From a bacterium (GTDB lineage: Bacteria > Bacillota > Clostridia > TANB77 > UBA1234): 59,315 bases of DNA. This document shows, piece after piece, positions 54,701 to 59,315 of this stretch. The stretch spans positions 1-59,315 of the forward strand of contig CAVHNT010000055.1 in the NCBI GenBank assembly GCA_963637565.1, read 5' to 3'. Numbering within the stretch: the first letter of the stretch is position 1; each line of letters begins with the position of its first letter. Position numbers and translations under genes: made by a program. Under the pieces are notes generated by a model. That model saw only the letters and a program-made list of their open reading frames with translations. It did no database searches and had not been told where the DNA came from.

Positions 54701-56149
54701 CTAATTAATGATCATTTTTTTGATATTATCAACTATCATTTTTGTGTTAGGATCTGTTTTTATTAAAGATTCTATTTTATTTATTGCATAAATAACAGTA
54801 GTATGGTCTCTTCCACCGAATTCTTTTCCTATTTCAACGAGAGGTTGTCCTGTTAATTGTTTTGATAAGTACATTGCAATCTGTCTTGGAAATGCAATAT
54901 CACCTGAACGACGTTGTATTTTGAAAACGTTTTGTTCAAGATTATAATATTTTGCTACTACACCTTGTATATAATCTATTGTAATAACTTTCTCTTTTGA
55001 ATGTTTTAAATCATTCAATGCTCTCTCGGTTAATTGCATTGTTATAGGCATATTAGTTAAAGATGCCATTGCAACAATCTTATTTAAAGTACCTTCCAAC
55101 TCACGAATGTTTGATTCTACTTTGTTTGCTATTACAGATAAAATTTCTTCATCTATTTCTATATTTTCACTTGCAGCTTTACTTCTTAGTATTGCATATC
55201 TTGTTTCATAATCTGGTTTACTTATATCTGTGATTAGTCCCCATTCAAATCTAGATTTAAGTCTTTCTTCCAATGGATTTAAATCTTTTGGTGGTCTATC
55301 ACTCGAAATAACCAATTGTTTATTATTCTCATACAATTCATTGAAAGTGTGGAAGAATTCTTCCTGGCTTCTTTCTTTACCACTTATAAATTGTATATCG
55401 TCTACTAATAAAACATCTATATTTCTATATTTTGCTCTAAATTCCTCATTTTTGTTTGCTTGAATTGAATAAACAAGCTCGTTCGTAAATTTTTCACCTG
55501 TTATGTAAAGTACACGAGCATTTCTATTTCTGGAAAGAACATAGTTACCAACAGCTTGCATCAGATGTGTCTTTCCTAGTCCCACTCCACCATACAAAAA
55601 AAGTGGATTGTATGCTCGACCTGGATTTTCTGCAGTAGCCATTGCAGCGGCATGTGCCAACTCATTACTCTTTCCTATAACAAATGAACTAAATGTATAT
55701 TTAGGATTTAACACTGATGCATTAATTTTTGCAGATGTGTTTGGCGTTAGTTGTATTGGATTTGGGTATTGAAAATTAAAATTATCTATGTTATTAGTAG
55801 GAATATTATCAAAATTTGTTTGGTCTACGCCATCATCTTCTTCGAGCTCCTCATATTTAGGAACTTCTAATAAAGTTTTATTTTCATTATTTCTAAAATC
55901 TTCACCTGGCAGATAAAAGGCTAATTCAATATCCCTTCCTAAAACAATCTTGAAAGACTCTCTTGTAAGTATATATAAGTCTGTTTCCATTTTCTGCAAA
56001 TGAAATGGACTAGTGACTCTCAACTTAACAAGATTGTCATCAATTGAAAGAACATCTAATGTATTTATCCAAGAGTTATATCTTACAACTGGTACTTCTT
56101 CTTTTATAATCTCTTTAGCCCTAGCTAAAACTTCATACATGTCCTGCAT
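54701..56149 (-). CDS. dnaA: Chromosomal replication initiator protein DnaA
   Basis: 482 aa. GGVGLGKTHLMQA Walker A, LLVDDIQF, domain IV motif GGRDHTTVIYA. GGAGG RBS. Confidence 0.97.
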   Translation of the reverse strand: MQDMYEVLARAKEIIKEEVPVVRYNSWINTLDVLSIDDNLVKLRVTSPFHLQKMETDLYILTRESFKIVLGRDIELAFYLPGEDFRNNENKTLLEVPKYEELEEDDGVDQTNFDNIPTNNIDNFNFQYPNPIQLTPNTSAKINASVLNPKYTFSSFVIGKSNELAHAAAMATAENPGRAYNPLFLYGGVGLGKTHLMQAVGNYVLSRNRNARVLYITGEKFTNELVYSIQANKNEEFRAKYRNIDVLLVDDIQFISGKERSQEEFFHTFNELYENNKQLVISSDRPPKDLNPLEERLKSRFEWGLITDISKPDYETRYAILRSKAASENIEIDEEILSVIANKVESNIRELEGTLNKIVAMASLTNMPITMQLTERALNDLKHSKEKVITIDYIQGVVAKYYNLEQNVFKIQRRSGDIAFPRQIAMYLSKQLTGQPLVEIGKEFGGRDHTTVIYAINKIESLIKTDPNTKMIVDNIKKMIIN

Positions 56150-56595
56150 AATTTCCTCCTAACAAAATTAACAAAGTTACTAACATTTTATCCACAAATG
56201 TTAATAAAAATGTTAATAATTTTTTAAAAACTCTTGTAAGTGCTTATTTCCTCAACAAAAAAGAATGTTTATTTTGTGAAGACTCGAAACCGTTGAAAAA
56301 TAAGCATTTTAAAAATAAAAGCTATTTTATTAACATTTTTTTTGCGAACACTCATTTGTTTTTAAATAATTTTTTTATGTACACAAAACATAAAACAAAT
56401 TATGTGAATATTACCTGTGAACATTGATATATCAATGCTTAGAAAAGTTATTCACATTATATATGTTTATGTCAGTAAATGCAAGTTTTTGGATAAAAAA
56501 ACGTCAGATCGTTACTTCCGTAAATGATTATACTTGATATGTATACTTTACATAAGTTTTACTGAATCAAAAAATAATAATATGCGTAAAATTAG
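56150..56595. other. oriC: oriC, rpmH-dnaA spacer part (DnaA-box cluster and dnaA promoter region)
   Basis: Perfect TTATCCACA at 56188-56196. 1-mismatch boxes TTATTCACA at 56448-56456 and TTTGGATAA at 56488-56496. TGTGAATAT at 56403-56411. 14-bp palindrome ATTGATATATCAAT at 56423-56436. Confidence 0.7.
56188..56196 (+). promoter_or_regulatory. Perfect DnaA box
   Basis: TTATCCACA, 39 nt upstream of the dnaA start codon. Confidence 0.7.
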
Positions 56596-56625
56596 TTGAC
56601 AAAATTGTACTATATAGTGTACAAT
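56596..56625 (+). promoter_or_regulatory. rpmH promoter
   Basis: TTGACA, 18 nt (ending in TG), TACAAT. Confidence 0.6.
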
Positions 56626-56699
56626 ACTAGTGCTGTTATTTTGGAGATTATGATAAATAATGCAAAATAGATAAAAACGAAATTGGGAGGTGCAGTTAA

Positions 56700-56834
56700 A
56701 TGAAAAGAACATTTCAACCTAAAAAAAGACAAGAAAAGAGAGAACATGGCTTTAGAGCTAGAATGAATACTTCTAATGGCAGAAAAGTTTTAAAGAGAAG
56801 AATGTTAAAAGGTAGAAAGAAACTTTCTGCATAA
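56700..56834 (+). CDS. rpmH: 50S ribosomal protein L34
   Basis: Below the track cutoff. [55 protein letters not shown]. Confidence 0.97.
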   Translation: MKRTFQPKKRQEKREHGFRARMNTSNGRKVLKRRMLKGRKKLSA

Positions 56835-56844
56835 TTAACCATGT

Positions 56845-56879
56845 ATAAGTAGGCCCTATCATAGGGCCTTTTTACTTAT
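56845..56879 (+). terminator. Hairpin (attenuating terminator) between rpmH and rnpA
   Basis: ataagt-aggccctat c atagggcct-TTTT-tacttat. Confidence 0.65.
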
Positions 56880-56928
56880 AATGAGAAATTTATACATTGC
56901 AAAACTTCAACAATTGAGGTGAAATATA

Positions 56929-57264
56929 TTGAATATAATAAAGAAAAGCACTGAATTTCAGCATGTTTTTAAGAGTGGAAAGTGGTATAGTGCAGATGTT
57001 TTAATGATATATATTGTAAAAAATAATCAAGAGTTTAATAAAGTGGGGATAGCTGTTGGAAAAAAAGTTTCTAATAGAAGTACTAAAAGAAATAGGATGA
57101 AACGATTGATTAGAGAAGCATATAGATTAAATGAAAACTCTTTACAGAGTGGATATAATATTGTTATAGTATGTAAGTCTGGAGTTGATGTTGGTACCAT
57201 CAATTATGATATTGTGGAATCTGAACTTATGAAATGCTTTGAAAAAGCTAATTTGTTTGCATAA
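56929..57264 (+). CDS. rnpA: Ribonuclease P protein component
   Basis: 111 aa, TTG start after a GAGGTG RBS. VGIAVGKKVSNRSTKRNRMKRLIREAYR is the RNR motif. Confidence 0.92.
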   Translation: MNIIKKSTEFQHVFKSGKWYSADVLMIYIVKNNQEFNKVGIAVGKKVSNRSTKRNRMKRLIREAYRLNENSLQSGYNIVIVCKSGVDVGTINYDIVESELMKCFEKANLFA

Positions 57265-57372
57265 TAAGCATAGATGTGCTTTTATAATGTACCAGGGAAA
57301 GTTGAAAAAAGTAAATATTTCCAACTTTCTAAATATTTAAAATTCTATTAATAGAGATAGGGAGGAAGCCTA

Positions 57373-58458
57373 ATGTTAGAAGCAATAGCCAGTTTTTTTG
57401 GATACTTAATGAGTTTTATATTTGGAATAGTTAATAATTATGGTTTAGCTATAATTATCTTTACCGTACTAGTAAAGATTTTGTTACTTCCATTTACGAT
57501 AAAACAACAAAAATCTCTTAAACAAGCACAAGAGATTCAGCCTTTAATGCAGGAATTACAAAAGAAACATGGAAATGATCAACAAAAATTTATGGAAGAA
57601 TATAAAAAACTTTTGAAAGAAAAGAACATGTCAACGATGTCTAGTATGGGATGTACTGGCTGCTTGATAAATTTTATACAATTTCCTGTAATTTTGGGAT
57701 TGTTTGCTATGATGTCAAATCCATTAACACATATAATGAAACTAGACAAAACAGTTATTGAAAATTATAAATCAGAGGTAAATGATACTAGAAAGCAACA
57801 AGCAATAGCTGCTATTGAAGCTAATTCAGGAGATTATGAACTAGCAGAGTATGAAGTAAAAATAAAAGAAGCAGAAGAAAAAGAGTATGTAAATCCTAGA
57901 TATTACGAACTTGACATTATAAAAGATAAAAAGTTAATAGATATGAATTTCTTGGGGATAGATCTTTGTGAGATAGGAATAAATGATAGAGATAATTGGG
58001 CACTTATTATTATTCCAATACTTTCAACAATATTTACTTACTTGACGATATCTGTATCTTCTAATATGAATAAAGAATCAAATGAGCAATTAAAGAAGGC
58101 TCAAGAAGAAAGTGAAATACCAATGCCAGATATGAAACTTATGAACACGGTTATGCCTTTGATGCTTGGATATGTTGCATATTCAGTGCCACAAGGTGTT
58201 GGATTATATTGGGCAACAACTAATTTAATTGGAGTAATTCAGCTAATTGCTATGAAAAAAATATTTAATAATGAAGAAAAAAGTGGTACTATAAAGAAGG
58301 AAATTGAAAGCCAAGTAATTGAAATAGAAAAAGAAGCTGAAGTAGAGTTGAAAGAAGAAAATGATAATGAAAATAAGAATAAGGGCATAACTAGTGGAAA
58401 ATCAACAAAAACTTCAAATAATAATTCGAAAAAGAAACAACATAAAAAGAAGAAGTAG
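57373..58458 (+). CDS. yidC: YidC/Oxa1/SpoIIIJ-family membrane protein insertase with a Lys-rich tail
   Basis: 361 aa. NYGLAIIIFTVLVKILLLPFTIKQQKS, GVGLYWATTNLIGVIQ. C-terminus NNSKKKQHKKKK. Confidence 0.9.
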   Translation: MLEAIASFFGYLMSFIFGIVNNYGLAIIIFTVLVKILLLPFTIKQQKSLKQAQEIQPLMQELQKKHGNDQQKFMEEYKKLLKEKNMSTMSSMGCTGCLINFIQFPVILGLFAMMSNPLTHIMKLDKTVIENYKSEVNDTRKQQAIAAIEANSGDYELAEYEVKIKEAEEKEYVNPRYYELDIIKDKKLIDMNFLGIDLCEIGINDRDNWALIIIPILSTIFTYLTISVSSNMNKESNEQLKKAQEESEIPMPDMKLMNTVMPLMLGYVAYSVPQGVGLYWATTNLIGVIQLIAMKKIFNNEEKSGTIKKEIESQVIEIEKEAEVELKEENDNENKNKGITSGKSTKTSNNNSKKKQHKKKK

Positions 58459-58513
58459 GCTTAAGGTTTACAACTAGAAGTATTTCTAGAAATAAGATAT
58501 AGGAGGTTTTTAT

Positions 58514-59209
58514 ATGTCTAAGGTAGCAGAGGGAATAGGAAAAAATTATGAGGAAGCTGTAGAAGATGCTTTAAATAAGGTTGGATTGAAAAAAGATCAA
58601 GTTTCAATAGAAATGATAGAAGAACCAAAAAAGAGAATTTTCAGCATATTAGATCATAAGCAAGTTAAAGTTCGCGTTACAGAGATTGAGAAAACAGAAG
58701 AAGTTGAGGCACATTCACATGAAGCAAGGAAAGAACCAAGAGAATTCACTGAAGAAGAAGGAAATGTAGTAAAAGAAAGAATAATTGAATTCTTAAATGA
58801 GTATTTTGAAAGATTAGGTTTAAGGTTAGATATTAAAACTTATGTTGAAGATAACATTTTAAAATTCGATATAACAGGTGAAAATGCTGGAATAGTAATT
58901 GGCTATAGAGGAGAAACATTAGAAGCTCTTCAAACAATAGCAGCAACAATAGGAAATAAGGGAAATAAAAACTATGTAAAAGTTATACTAGATATTGAGG
59001 GCTATAGAAAAAAGAGAATAAAGGCGTTGGAAGAACTTGCTTTGAAGAGAGCAAACACCGTTGTAGAAAGAAGAAAGAGTATTACATTAGAACCTATGAA
59101 TCCATTTGAAAGAAAGGCTATTCACAACGCGTTACAAAAACATCCAAAAGTAAAAACTGTAAGTGTTGGAGAAGAACCATACAGAAAGGTTGTTATTTCA
59201 CTTAAATAA
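58514..59209 (+). CDS. jag: Jag/SpoIIIJ-associated RNA-binding protein (KH + R3H)
   Basis: 231 aa. GIVIGYRGETLEALQ (KH). LEPMNPFERKAIHNAL (R3H). Confidence 0.9.
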   Translation: MSKVAEGIGKNYEEAVEDALNKVGLKKDQVSIEMIEEPKKRIFSILDHKQVKVRVTEIEKTEEVEAHSHEARKEPREFTEEEGNVVKERIIEFLNEYFERLGLRLDIKTYVEDNILKFDITGENAGIVIGYRGETLEALQTIAATIGNKGNKNYVKVILDIEGYRKKRIKALEELALKRANTVVERRKSITLEPMNPFERKAIHNALQKHPKVKTVSVGEEPYRKVVISLK

Positions 59210-59228
59210 TTAATATAGAAAAATAAAG

Positions 59229-59258
59229 CAGCATATCTTTATGATATGTTGTTTTTTT
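59229..59258 (+). terminator. jag intrinsic terminator
   Basis: cagcatatc tttat gatatgttg (9 bp including one G-T pair) followed by TTTTTTT. Confidence 0.7.
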
Positions 59259-59262
59259 ATCT

Positions 59263-59315
59263 AATAGGAAAGTAACAGATTTGCAACCTTTTATGTATTG
59301 ATTTTCTTTCCTATT
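59263..59315 (+). repeat. Copy C of the ~55-nt palindromic extragenic element (touches the window end)
   Basis: aataggaaag...ctttcctatt is a perfect 10-bp closing stem around a 33-nt interior. About 83% identical to 34004-34057 by eye. Confidence 0.6.

Noticed and set aside
57265-57372. Expected yidD between rnpA and yidC (and yaaA between dnaN and recF)
   Set aside because: No ORF of any useful length exists in these spacers. Absence of these genes is common in some Firmicutes and was not treated as a finding.

Overview
Very AT-rich, gene-dense chromosomal segment of an endospore-forming, S-layer-bearing Firmicute (Clostridia-like: spoIIR, spmA/spmB, cwlD, abrB and SLH-domain proteins are present). 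The right end carries the replication origin region. gyrB-remB-recF-dnaN-dnaA on the minus strand diverge from rpmH-rnpA-yidC-jag on the plus strand. DnaA boxes lie in both dnaA-flanking spacers, and a (TAG)5TAA DnaA-trio-like run sits next to an AT-rich tract. Core blocks are: acpS-metG-tatD-trpS; spoIIR, mgtC, murA, a walJ-like MBL hydrolase and rlmH; DUF4321-radC-mreB-mreC-mreD-pbp2-minC; minD-minE-rodA(frameshifted)-dusB; aminopeptidase, split transketolase, cwlD, HD hydrolase and pgm. Unusual or accessory content: (1) a giant surface-protein gene of at least 1879 codons that runs off the left edge and is absent from the ORF track because it has no stop in the window; (2) a Flp/Tad-like pilus locus with no ATPase gene but with an SLH protein and a large secreted protein; (3) an SLH-anchor gene followed by a 1033-aa secreted protein; (4) a small islet holding an orphan mazF toxin, a 435-aa degenerate-PLD/beta-barrel protein and a VirB2-like/MBG fusion protein; (5) a perfect 77-bp x4 tandem repeat with a long inverted flank; (6) an ORF-free segment of about 0.5 kb after minC, with its own intrinsic terminator and a GNRA-capped hairpin, which is a candidate structured RNA; (7) a palindromic extragenic element of about 55 nt present in 2-3 copies. 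No tRNA, rRNA, CRISPR array, transposase or integrase was seen. ORFs under 60 aa (rpmH and several small ORFs) were found by eye because the track omits them. All calls rest on reading the sequence and recognising motifs. No database search was run.
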